The notes: generated by a model not told the origin, from the letters alone. A stretch of 26,377 nucleotides of DNA from Deltaproteobacteria bacterium (GCA_019312685.1 JAFDCR010000002.1:1-26377), one strand, 5' to 3'. Numbered from the stretch's first letter, positions 1-9,072 are shown. A program made the numbers and translations.

Positions 1-2319
1 CGTCTGCTGCCGCTGGCTGAAGAGGCGGTCCGTATCGAAGCCTTTATGTGCATCGAAATGGAGCAGCACCGCTTCAAGGATATTACCCTGGCCGTCTATC
101 GCAGGCTGAAGCAGAACGGGCACCTCAAAAAATATCCCTATCTTGGCGTTGTGCTGCAGAGCTATCTAAAGGAAAGCGGCCAGGACCTGGAGGATCTGCT
201 CGCCTGGGCGAGAACGGAAAATATCCCTGTTTCCGTCCGGCTGGTCAAGGGCGCCTACTGGGAGTATGAAACAGTGGTCGCTGCCGCCAACGGCTGGTCG
301 GCGCCGGTCTTCATGCGCAAGGCCGAAACCGATGCCAACTTCGAGGCCATGGCCGCCACCCTGCTCGCCAACCACGAGATGTGCCACCTGGCCTGCGCTT
401 CCCATAACATCCGCTCCATTGCCGCAGTGCAGGAAATGGCCGCATCGTTAAAGGTGCCGGAGGAACGCTGCGAATTCCAGATGCTCTACGGCATGGCCGG
501 CCCGGTCCGGCGGGCCGTGCTGCAGTCAACCGGCCGGCTGCGGCTCTACGGTCCATACGGCCCACTGCTGCCGGGCATGGGCTATCTGGTCCGGCGGCTC
601 CTGGAAAATACCTCAAACCAGTCCTTTCTGCGGCAGCGTTTCTCCGAGGGTTTGGAGACGGAGCAGTTGCTGGAGAATCCTACCAAGGCTGACGGGTTGA
701 CGCCAGAGGAAGAAAAACCTGCAACAACTCCTTCCCCGGCTGTTCTTTCCCCTTTCTACAACGAGCCGGCCGCCGACTTCAGCAGAAAAGAGGTTCGCGA
801 TGCCTTCCCGAAAGCAATCGCGACAATGCGGCAGCAGGGCAGTAGTCACTATCCTCTGCTGATCGACAATAAAGAGATGGAGACCTCTGATATTATTCAA
901 TCCTTCAACCCGGCCGACCCACAGGAGACTGTCGGCAGGGTGGCCCTGGCCGGCCCGGCCGAGATTGACCAGGCGGTGGCGGCCGCTGCCAGGGCCCTAC
1001 CGAAGTGGCGGGCAACCCCGGCGGAAGAGCGGGCCGCCTGCCTGTTCCGGGTTGCGGAGCTGCTGCGCAAAGAAATCTACGAACTGGCAGCCCTGGAGAT
1101 CCTCGAAGTCGGCAAGCAATGGCACGAGGCCCATGGTGACCTCACCGAAGCCATCGACTTCTGCGAGTACTACGGCCGCGAGATGCTGCGGCTGGAAGCG
1201 AAAAGCAGCGCCCTCCTGTCGATGCCCGGCGAAGCAAATCGCTATTTCTACAGGGCAAAGGGAATTGGCGCAGTGATCGCGCCCTGGAATTTTCCCATTG
1301 CCATCAGCTGCGGTATGTGCGCCGCAACCCTGGTCACCGGCAACTGCGTCCTGTACAAACCCTCAGGCCTGTCGCCGGTCTGCGGCGCCAGGCTTGCCGG
1401 GATCTTCCGGGAAGCAGGACTGCCGGCCGGAGTCTTCAATTTCGTGCCCTGCCGTGGCGGGGAGGTCGGAGATTACCTCGTTTCCCACCCCGGCATCCAT
1501 CTCATTGCCTTCACCGGTTCAGTGGAAACTGGAGAACGAATCATCCGGCTCACTTCTGAACGGGCTGCCGGGCAGCACCATCTGAAAAAAGTCATCGCCG
1601 AGATGGGGGGCAAGAACGCAATCATCGTGGACGAGGACGCCGACCTCGACGAGGCGGTCCCGGCAGTGCTGCGCTCCGCCTTCGGCTTTCAGGGCCAGAA
1701 ATGTTCAGCCTGCTCGCGCGTCATTATCGTGGGATCGGGGTACGACCGTTTTGTTGAACGTCTGACCGAAGCGGCCCGGTCCCTGTCAATCGGACCGGCG
1801 GAGAATCCGGCCCATGTCATGGGTCCGGTGGTTGACCGGCAGGCCCGGGATAAAATCCTATCCTACGTGGAGCTGGCCCGGGAGGAAGGGGAGATTCTTT
1901 ACCAGAGCACGGTACCGGAGGACGGCTGGTATGTACCCCTGACCCTGGTGGGCAATATCACGGTGCAGGACAGGATAGCCCGGGAGGAAATTTTCGGGCC
2001 GGTCCTTGCCCTGATGCAGGCGCAGACCTTTACCGAGGCCGTGGCCAAAGCCAATGCGACTGCCTTTGGTCTGACAGGCGGCGTCTTCAGCCGAAGCCCT
2101 GTCAACCTCGCCCTGGCCGCTCGGGAGTTCCGGGTCGGCAACCTCTATCTGAATCGCGTCATCACCGGGGCCCTGGTCGGACGGCAGCCCTTCGGCGGCT
2201 TCAAGATGTCGGGCATCGGCTCCAAAGCCGGCGGCCCGGATTATCTGCTGCAGTTCGTCGATCCGGTGACGGTCAGCGAGAATACCATGCGGCGGGGCTT
2301 TGCGCCGGAAGTGAAATAA
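1..2319 (+). CDS. putA: Bifunctional proline dehydrogenase / L-glutamate gamma-semialdehyde dehydrogenase (5'-truncated by window edge)
   Basis: Frame open from base 1 (RLLPLAEEAVRIEAFMCIEME). PRODH motifs VRLVKGAYW, ASHNIRS, EFQMLYGM, YLVRRLLENTSN. ALDH motifs IAPWNFP, FTGS, EMGGKN, GQKCSACSR, EEIFGP. C-terminus ENTMRRGFAP. Confidence 0.96.
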   Translation, partial: RLLPLAEEAVRIEAFMCIEMEQHRFKDITLAVYRRLKQNGHLKKYPYLGVVLQSYLKESGQDLEDLLAWARTENIPVSVRLVKGAYWEYETVVAAANGWSAPVFMRKAETDANFEAMAATLLANHEMCHLACASHNIRSIAAVQEMAASLKVPEERCEFQMLYGMAGPVRRAVLQSTGRLRLYGPYGPLLPGMGYLVRRLLENTSNQSFLRQRFSEGLETEQLLENPTKADGLTPEEEKPATTPSPAVLSPFYNEPAADFSRKEVRDAFPKAIATMRQQGSSHYPLLIDNKEMETSDIIQSFNPADPQETVGRVALAGPAEIDQAVAAAARALPKWRATPAEERAACLFRVAELLRKEIYELAALEILEVGKQWHEAHGDLTEAIDFCEYYGREMLRLEAKSSALLSMPGEANRYFYRAKGIGAVIAPWNFPIAISCGMCAATLVTGNCVLYKPSGLSPVCGARLAGIFREAGLPAGVFNFVPCRGGEVGDYLVSHPGIHLIAFTGSVETGERIIRLTSERAAGQHHLKKVIAEMGGKNAIIVDEDADLDEAVPAVLRSAFGFQGQKCSACSRVIIVGSGYDRFVERLTEAARSLSIGPAENPAHVMGPVVDRQARDKILSYVELAREEGEILYQSTVPEDGWYVPLTLVGNITVQDRIAREEIFGPVLALMQAQTFTEAVAKANATAFGLTGGVFSRSPVNLALAAREFRVGNLYLNRVITGALVGRQPFGGFKMSGIGSKAGGPDYLLQFVDPVTVSENTMRRGFAPEVK

Positions 2320-2450
2320 GAGAATTGAATCCGGGAAAAGAGATAATTTGGGGCAGGTTGGTTTAACATAGTCAACCCCATTTTGTATTTTAAGCTCTTT
2401 TGAATCGGTGATGTAAGGAGCCCTGTTTTATTTCTATATTTATCCATGTA

Positions 2451-3266
2451 TTACCAGGAATCAGCGACCTGCGGCACCTTCTCTCTTTCAAGCAAAACTA
2501 AGGCATCTTCCGAACAGGTCGGCCGACAGATGCCGCAACCGTAACAGTTGCGGACTTCGATATTACATTTCCCCAAACCACGGTCAAAGCGCACCGCATC
2601 GAAAGGGCATCGTTTCAAGCACTGGCAGCAACCCTTGCAGCGGTCATGATCTATAATCGCCACATACTCCCCTTTCCACATAACCTTGGCCAATTTCTTC
2701 CGGTACTGAAACAGGTAAGCCATGCAATCCTGGTCACAGTTGCAGACGGCCCCGATAAAAGGCGTCTGAAAGGTCCAGACACTATGGGTCAGGCCCTCGG
2801 TATCAAGATGTTTTATTTCCTTTTTTGCCTCGGCGGCAGTAATTCTGTCGAACTGACTGAAATCAGGGACATCTTTCAAAATATGGGTCGTGTCCATCCC
2901 TACTGCATAGCAGACACGTGTTTCAACACCTGAATTGATTCTGCGGCAGATGCACGGCAGGCGGACAACGGAATTCACCCCATCAAGTATATATTCTACA
3001 TCCTCAATTGGTAAAACCTGGCCGAAATGGGTCTTTTTCTGATGATGGGTGATCCATGGATAGATCAGGGAAGAATATATATACGGAATCCTTTTTTTCC
3101 ACTTTTCGGCACGAACCAGACCATCATGCAAACTCTGGGCAAAGTTGCTTAGATAATTCTTTAGTTTTTTGTCTGTACTGACCTGCAGGAACAGCTCACG
3201 GGTATAGTTGGTCATATTCCTATACCATTTCTTGCCCTCCCCATGATTTATACAGAATTCACACAT
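2451..3266 (-). CDS. Cys-rich 4Fe-4S dicluster domain protein, function unknown
   Basis: C-terminal CKGCCQCLKRCP and CYGCGICRPTC ferredoxin motifs; additional MCEFC, CICR and CNCDQDC motifs; 18 Cys in 271 aa. Confidence 0.85.
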   Translation of the reverse strand: MCEFCINHGEGKKWYRNMTNYTRELFLQVSTDKKLKNYLSNFAQSLHDGLVRAEKWKKRIPYIYSSLIYPWITHHQKKTHFGQVLPIEDVEYILDGVNSVVRLPCICRRINSGVETRVCYAVGMDTTHILKDVPDFSQFDRITAAEAKKEIKHLDTEGLTHSVWTFQTPFIGAVCNCDQDCMAYLFQYRKKLAKVMWKGEYVAIIDHDRCKGCCQCLKRCPFDAVRFDRGLGKCNIEVRNCYGCGICRPTCSEDALVLLEREKVPQVADSW

Positions 3267-3431
3267 CCTACTCTACGCCTGTTTTCCCGCTGTTTGGCGA
3301 GTTATTATCCTTTATGGTTCTCTGTGCCTCTTACCTTTCAAACAGCAACTTCAATATATTGCAACAGATTTAAAAATCACGCTTAATCCTCCAGCATAGC
3401 TGGTGAATCCCAGCCATTAGGCGGAAAAGAG

Positions 3432-3553
3432 TTGTCAGGCAGCCTATTCAAGAATCAGTTCCTGTGAAAGGCGCAGGTCCGGTAAAATGTGATACTGAAA
3501 TTGATGATCACGACCGCGCTGGTCATTACCATTATTTTCGGCTGTAAGCGCAT
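3432..3553 (-). pseudogene. Probable degraded 5' remnant of a membrane sensor gene (32-aa ORF 3455..3553 plus frameshifted continuation)
   Basis: MRLQPKIMVMTSAVVIINFSITFYRTCAF, then after a 1-nt shift QELILE*AA*Q. Both stops (TAG, TGA) are one C->T change from CAG (Q) and CGA (R). The family resemblance is from memory and unverified. Confidence 0.4.
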
Positions 3554-3723
3554 ATTCTAATTAAACTGAAAAATATGAATTGGCAACCATACGACTAACC
3601 AGCCGGAATCATATGAGCAATATTTCATCCAGGTCTTCTCATTATTTTCTATTTTATGCCGGGTTAACGGATTTTTTTACTTCAAGGCAAATATATATGG
3701 AGGGAACTAACATTGTATTATAC

Positions 3724-3752
3724 TTGTAAATTTTCCCTAAGGAAGCTAGATT
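3724..3752 (+). promoter_or_regulatory. Candidate sigma70 promoter for the amidohydrolase-ligase-ggt operon
   Basis: TTGTAA (3724-3729), 17 bp spacer, TAGATT (3747-3752); 4/6 match to each consensus box. Confidence 0.3.
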
Positions 3753-3801
3753 ATCCGGTTAACCGCTTATAGTTTATATGTTTATGTGCCTCTTAACTCT
3801 T

Positions 3802-3856
3802 TACAGGTAATAACAATACCTGTAGCAGAAGGTGAAGGAAGTATTTTTCTTCACCT
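3802..3856 (+). promoter_or_regulatory. Two tandem inverted repeats upstream of the amidohydrolase gene
   Basis: TACAGGTA-N7-TACCTGTA (3802-3824) and AGGTGAAG-N11-CTTCACCT (3830-3856), each with a perfect 8-bp stem. Confidence 0.45.
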
Positions 3857-3926
3857 GCGAATTGTATAGAAGCACATATGTTTATTTACTGTCTGCCCCA
3901 AGGCAGCGATACAGGACGCTCCTGAA

Positions 3927-5165
3927 ATGGATGAGATAAAAATTGAACAGTCGCAGTTCCTCCCGGATACACAACTGGTTGAATGGATGCGGGATATCCG
4001 CCGAACCATCCACCAATACCCGGAACTGGGGAATGAGGAACACCGGACCCAGCGCTATATCTGTGAAAAATTAAAGGAACTCAACATCCCCTTCCGGACC
4101 GAAGGTTTCCATACCGGCATAGTAGCAACAATTGATTCTTCCACTGCCGATGACACTGAGGAAAAGCCCTGTGTAGCCCTACGTGCCGACCTGGACGGGC
4201 TGCCGGTTGAGGAAAAGACCGGTCTTGCCTTTGCCTCGAAAGTTCCCGGCATCATGCATGCCTGCGGACATGACGGCCATGTGGCCATGCTCCTTGGAGC
4301 CGCCTCCATGCTGCGCCATACTGAACTTCCGGGCAGAGTGGTACTCCTTTTTCAGCCGGCTGAAGAAGACGGGGACGGCGCCCTGCATATGATTGAAGAC
4401 GGTGGTCTTGCAGGGATACAGGCTATATTTGCCGGCCATATCGACCGCCATTTTAATGTCGGCCAGATTGCCGCTGAACCGGGTCTGATCTGCGCCTATA
4501 CCGACAAATTCCAGATAAAAGTATGCGGCCGCGGCGGTCATGCGGCCCGGCCGCATGAAACCATTGACGCCATTGTGGTCGCCAGTCTGCTTGTCATGAG
4601 CATTCAGACCCTGGTATCACGTGAAATAAATCCATCCTATCCCACGGTTGTCAGTGTGGGGCGTTTCAGCGGCGGCACCGCTTATAATGTCATTGCCGAA
4701 GAGGCCATACTGGAAGGAACCATCCGGGCAACTCATCCGGATATCAGGGCCAAAATCATTGACGGACTCGAGAGGATGGTCGGGGCCATGGACGGATTAT
4801 ACAACGCCAAGACCACCATCCGCTTCCGGGGCGGTCTGCCTCCGGTTATCAATCATCCTGTTGCCGCCCAAATTGCCCGAAAGGCGGCAAAAAAGATTGT
4901 CGGCAAGGAAAGCGTTATGAAGCAGATGCATCCGAGCCTGGGTGGTGAAGATTTTTCCTACTTTCTCCAGAAGGTCCCCGGTTGTCTTGTCCGTTTCGGG
5001 GCCGGGCATCCTGATCTTCCCAATATACCGGCCCACAGCCCCTTCTTTGATTTTGACGAAGGCGTTCTGCCGATCGGCGCAGCATTTCTCGCCCAGGTAG
5101 CCCTGCAGGCCCTGCGGGACAAGGAGCTTTTTACCTGTTCGCAGGTCAGCCCCGCAATAAAGTAA
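3927..5165 (+). CDS. M20D family amidohydrolase (Acy1/hippurate-hydrolase-like)
   Basis: Motifs IHQYPELGNEE, ALRADLDGLP, MHACGHDGH, FQPAEE, GGHAARPH, GGEDFS, HSPFFDFDE; no signal peptide. Confidence 0.92.
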   Translation: MDEIKIEQSQFLPDTQLVEWMRDIRRTIHQYPELGNEEHRTQRYICEKLKELNIPFRTEGFHTGIVATIDSSTADDTEEKPCVALRADLDGLPVEEKTGLAFASKVPGIMHACGHDGHVAMLLGAASMLRHTELPGRVVLLFQPAEEDGDGALHMIEDGGLAGIQAIFAGHIDRHFNVGQIAAEPGLICAYTDKFQIKVCGRGGHAARPHETIDAIVVASLLVMSIQTLVSREINPSYPTVVSVGRFSGGTAYNVIAEEAILEGTIRATHPDIRAKIIDGLERMVGAMDGLYNAKTTIRFRGGLPPVINHPVAAQIARKAAKKIVGKESVMKQMHPSLGGEDFSYFLQKVPGCLVRFGAGHPDLPNIPAHSPFFDFDEGVLPIGAAFLAQVALQALRDKELFTCSQVSPAIK

Positions 5166-5199
5166 AAAAAACCTGACCATTGAACAGAGAGAGAAAAGG

Positions 5200-6312
5200 A
5201 TGACAGATGATAAACAGATAGAGTTTCAGACCAGCAGACCATTTACCCTGGGGGTTGAGATTGAACTCCAGGTTCTGGATAAAAATGATCTGAACCTTGT
5301 CCCCAAAGGACCTGACATCCTGGCCATGGTGCCGGCGGAACTGCAGGAGCGCATCAAAAGAGAATTCATCCGTTCCATGATCGAAATCAATACCGAAGTC
5401 TGCAGCGATATGGAACAGGTAAAGGAAAACCTGAACAATCTGATCAAAAAGGCAGAGGATCTAGCTGCGGCAAACAACTGCATTCTCTTTGCCACCAGCC
5501 TTCATCCCTTTGCCAAGTACAGCGATCAGGAACTTTCCTCGCATCCCCGCTACAGCCGTATCATGAATGACCTGCAGCTGGTAGGCAGAAGGTTCATTAC
5601 CCAGGGGCTTCATGTCCATGTCGGCATGGAGGATCATGAATCAGCCATCAGGGTATGCGACAGCATCCGTCTCTTCCTTCCCATACTTCTGGCCCTGACC
5701 TGTTCCTCGCCTTATTACGAAGGAATCGATACCGGCCTCCATTCATACAGGGCCAAGCTGTTTGAGGCCCTGCCCCTGGCCGGGATGCCCGATGAACTCG
5801 GAAGCTGGGACAAGTACATTGAGATGGTCAACCTGCTTACCAACACAGGGATAATCAGTGAGGTCCGCGATCTGTGGTGGGACGTCCGCCCGCATCCCGA
5901 CTTCGGCACCATTGAAATCCGCATCTGCGACCTGCCGTCCACCTTTAACGAGATCCTTGCCATTGTGGCCCTGATTCAGGGACTTGTGGTCAATATAACC
6001 GAATCCGACAAGCACCTGAACCCCAACATGCAGGTCCTGAAGAGCAACAAATGGCAGGCCGCCCGCTACGGCCTGGAAGGCAGGTTCGTTTACCCCCTGC
6101 TGCAGAAAAAAATATCCATGAAGGAGGCTGCCGCTGAAATATTTGCCAAGGCTGCCCCTGCAATGGAAAAACTGGGTACAAGTCATTACCTCTCTGTGCT
6201 TCAGCGGATTACCGAATCAGGGACAAGTTCGAGCCGGCAAAGAAATATCTTCAACAGGCAGAATGATTTTACCGCAATAATCAAGGAACTGTACCCGAAA
6301 TTCTGGCAATGA
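5200..6312 (+). CDS. ybdK: Glutamate--cysteine ligase family 2 (GCS2, YbdK-like carboxylate-amine ligase)
   Basis: FTLGVEIELQV, IEINT, GLHVHVG, LALTCSSPY, WWDVRPHPDFGTIEIRICD, NKWQAARYGLEG. Confidence 0.92.
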   Translation: MTDDKQIEFQTSRPFTLGVEIELQVLDKNDLNLVPKGPDILAMVPAELQERIKREFIRSMIEINTEVCSDMEQVKENLNNLIKKAEDLAAANNCILFATSLHPFAKYSDQELSSHPRYSRIMNDLQLVGRRFITQGLHVHVGMEDHESAIRVCDSIRLFLPILLALTCSSPYYEGIDTGLHSYRAKLFEALPLAGMPDELGSWDKYIEMVNLLTNTGIISEVRDLWWDVRPHPDFGTIEIRICDLPSTFNEILAIVALIQGLVVNITESDKHLNPNMQVLKSNKWQAARYGLEGRFVYPLLQKKISMKEAAAEIFAKAAPAMEKLGTSHYLSVLQRITESGTSSSRQRNIFNRQNDFTAIIKELYPKFWQ

Positions 6313-7808
6313 AAAAACTCAACAAAGCAATAGTAGCTACCGGGCATCCCCTGGTGAGCAATGCGGCCATAGAAATTTTACAACAGGGGGGCAATGCTTT
6401 TGACGCCACAGTCGGTGCGGGATTTGCAGGAGCGGTGGCGGAACAGACCCTTACCAGCCTCGGCGGCGGCGGTTTCCTGCTGGCCCGGACAAATGGAGGA
6501 AAGGAGGTCCTTTTTGACTTTTTCACTGATACCCCGGGCAGAGGGCTTGACAGCAGCGAACTTGAACCCCACTTCTTTCCGGTTACCATCCACTTCCCCG
6601 GCTCCGACCAGGATTTTAATATCGGCCTCGGTTCGGTTGCCGTGCCGGGTAACCTCAAGGGATTTCTCCATGTCCATAAACGGCTCGGCCGGCTTCCTCT
6701 CGAGGAAATCCTGCAGCCGGCAATCCATCTTGCCAGAGACGGGCTTGAACTCAACGATTGGCAGGGATATTTTCTTAATCTCCTGGAACCTATCATGACC
6801 TATTCCCCTGAGGGGAGAAAACTGTATACTATCAATGGAAAATGCGCCAAGCAGGGTGACCATATAACCAACCCTGAAATCGGTGATTTTCTCTCAAACC
6901 TGCCGGGGGATCAGGGCGAGAATTTTTATAATGGAGATCTGGCCAAAACCATTGAAAAGAATATGCGGTCCGGCCAGGGGTTGTTGACAGCTGCAGATCT
7001 CGCGGCATACCAGGTGATTGAACGCACCCCCCTTTCCATCGGTTACCGTGATTACACCCTGTTAACAAACCCGTTTCCCTCCATGGGCGGCTCTCTCATC
7101 GGCCTGGCGCTTTCCCTCCTGGAAACCCAGGATACAGCAAAGCTCAAATACCATTCACCAGCCCATGCCCTGCAGACTGCCAAGCTGATGACCGAAGTTG
7201 AATTGCTGCGCGAAAAAGGCATAAATGCAGTTTCTCTGGAACAATCCGGAGAAAGGTTGCGTCTGTTTTCCCGCGGCACAACCCATATAAGTGTTGCCGA
7301 TGGTGAAGGCAATGTCGCAAGTATGACCTGTTCAAACGGAGAAGGTTCCGGATATTTTGTTCCGGGTACCGGCATAATGCTCAATAACATGATGGGTGAG
7401 GATGATCTGCATCCGGAGGGTTTTCATGCCAGTCCTCCGGGCCAGAGGGTATCGTCCATGATGTCCCCCTCCCTGCTGCTGAAAAATGATGCGGTTGAAA
7501 TGGTCATCGGCAGCGGCGGCAGCAAACGGATACGCACTGCAATAACCCAGGTCATAAGTTCCATCGTTGATTTTAACATTCCCGTGCAGGAAGCCGTGGA
7601 AGCCCCACGCATCCACTGGGATGGCGAGATGATGCAGGTTGAACCCGGTTACTCCCAGGACGCAATTAATGTCCTTCAGAAACACTGGCCTGTTAACCTC
7701 TGGAACACCATTGACGTATACTTCGGCGGTGTCCATACCGTACTGCCCGGTATAGCCGGCGGCGGGGATCCCCGCCGGGGAGGCTCGGTAAGGGTGTTAG
7801 AAAAATAA
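6309..7808 (+). CDS. ggt: Gamma-glutamyltransferase family protein, apparently cytoplasmic
   Basis: GGNAFDA, LGGGGF, SVAVPG, autoprocessing/nucleophile Thr in GTTHISV, LNNMMG, SSMMSP, GSGGS, EAPRIH, GGGDPRRGG. No N-terminal hydrophobic signal. ATGA overlap with the ligase gene. Confidence 0.92.
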   Translation: MKKLNKAIVATGHPLVSNAAIEILQQGGNAFDATVGAGFAGAVAEQTLTSLGGGGFLLARTNGGKEVLFDFFTDTPGRGLDSSELEPHFFPVTIHFPGSDQDFNIGLGSVAVPGNLKGFLHVHKRLGRLPLEEILQPAIHLARDGLELNDWQGYFLNLLEPIMTYSPEGRKLYTINGKCAKQGDHITNPEIGDFLSNLPGDQGENFYNGDLAKTIEKNMRSGQGLLTAADLAAYQVIERTPLSIGYRDYTLLTNPFPSMGGSLIGLALSLLETQDTAKLKYHSPAHALQTAKLMTEVELLREKGINAVSLEQSGERLRLFSRGTTHISVADGEGNVASMTCSNGEGSGYFVPGTGIMLNNMMGEDDLHPEGFHASPPGQRVSSMMSPSLLLKNDAVEMVIGSGGSKRIRTAITQVISSIVDFNIPVQEAVEAPRIHWDGEMMQVEPGYSQDAINVLQKHWPVNLWNTIDVYFGGVHTVLPGIAGGGDPRRGGSVRVLEK

Positions 7809-7996
7809 TTTTGAATTTTGAGTTTTAAATTCTTAATTATAAAAATACCATCCAACCATAAAGAGGGTTGGTTGAAAGTTAACACAAGGCTTAAAGTTTA
7901 ATCAGAGCCTTTCAATTCAAAATTCAAAATTACTCTTTAAACATAACCAGTTCATTTAATTCAAAACTCATAATTCAAAATTCAAAATTACTCTTT
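7807..7996. repeat. AT-rich heptamer inverted-repeat element, copy 1 (arms separated by an insert)
   Basis: Left arm AATTTTG AATTTTG AGTTTTA AATTCTT AATT (7807-7838). Right arms of AATTCAA units at 7914-7931 and 7958-7989. Perfect 25-bp direct repeat AATTCAAAATTCAAAATTACTCTTT at 7914-7938 and 7972-7996. Confidence 0.85.
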
Positions 7997-8001
7997 CAAT
8001 T

Positions 8002-9072
8002 ATGGCTGCCTATATATTACGACGAATACTGCTGATGATCCCGACCCTTTTCGGGATCATGCTGGTCACCTTTATCGTGACCCAGTTTGTTCCCGGCGGA
8101 CCTGTTGAACGGCTGTTGGCTGAAATCGAGGGACATTCCACCACCGGACTTTCCACAGGCAAGGGGGAAGTCAGAATAATGCCGAAGGGTGACATCTACC
8201 AGGGGGCGCAGGGGCTTGATAATGAAAAAATGGAAAAGCTCCGGGCCCTCTACGGTTTTGATAAACCGCCGGCAGAGCGGTTTCTGACCATGATGAAGAA
8301 TTTCCTGGTCTTTGATTTCGGGACCAGCTACTACCACCATAAAAGTGTAGTCAGCCTGGTCATTTCAAAACTGCCGGTCTCCATGTCCCTGGGTTTATGG
8401 ACCTTTCTGATCGTCTATCTGACCTGCATCCCGCTCGGCATCTACAAAGCGGTTCACGACGGTTCCAGGGTTGATGTTATCTCAAGCACCTTTATCCTGA
8501 TCGGTTATGCCATTCCCGGGTTTGTCCTGGCCATTCTCCTTATCGTACTTTTCGGCGGCGGCAGTTTCTGGAATATCTTCCCGCTGCGTGGTCTGGTATC
8601 CGACAACTGGTCCGAACTCAGCCTTATCGGCAAGATCCTTGACTATCTCTGGCATATGGTCCTGCCGATCACTTCCAGTGCCGTCGGTTCACTTGCAGTA
8701 ATGACCCTGCTGACAAAAAACAGTTTTATTGAAGAGATTCGCAAGCAGTACGTTACAACCGCCCGGGCAAAGGGGCTAAACGAGAACCAGGTCCTATACA
8801 AACATGTGTTCAGAAACGCGATCATTCCGATCATCACAGGCTTTCCCGGTTCATTCATCACTGCGTTCTTTACCGGCAGCCTCCTGATCGAAACGATTTT
8901 CTCCCTTGACGGCATGGGACTCCTGGCCTATGAATCGGTCATGAACCGCGACTATCCAGTCGTTCTCGCCACTCTGTACTTCTTTACCATTATTGGTCTC
9001 ATTTCCAGGCTGCTCTCAGACCTGAGCTATGTACTGGTGGATCCGCGCATAACCTTTGAGAGTGTTGACTGA
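8002..9072 (+). CDS. yejB: Peptide ABC transporter permease, YejB-like
   Basis: MAAYILRRILLMIPTLFG, QFVPGGPVE, LYGFDKP, EAA-type motif TARAKGL, RDYPVV, YVLVDPRI. Confidence 0.92.
   Translation: MAAYILRRILLMIPTLFGIMLVTFIVTQFVPGGPVERLLAEIEGHSTTGLSTGKGEVRIMPKGDIYQGAQGLDNEKMEKLRALYGFDKPPAERFLTMMKNFLVFDFGTSYYHHKSVVSLVISKLPVSMSLGLWTFLIVYLTCIPLGIYKAVHDGSRVDVISSTFILIGYAIPGFVLAILLIVLFGGGSFWNIFPLRGLVSDNWSELSLIGKILDYLWHMVLPITSSAVGSLAVMTLLTKNSFIEEIRKQYVTTARAKGLNENQVLYKHVFRNAIIPIITGFPGSFITAFFTGSLLIETIFSLDGMGLLAYESVMNRDYPVVLATLYFFTIIGLISRLLSDLSYVLVDPRITFESVD

Noticed and set aside
2350-2385. Intrinsic terminator between putA and the Fe-S gene
   Set aside because: Only a 5-bp stem (GGTTG/CAACC) with a 12-nt loop and a short T-tract; too weak to call.
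7807-7996. CRISPR array
   Set aside because: The repeats are 7-nt tandem units with no regular unique spacers, and there are no cas genes.
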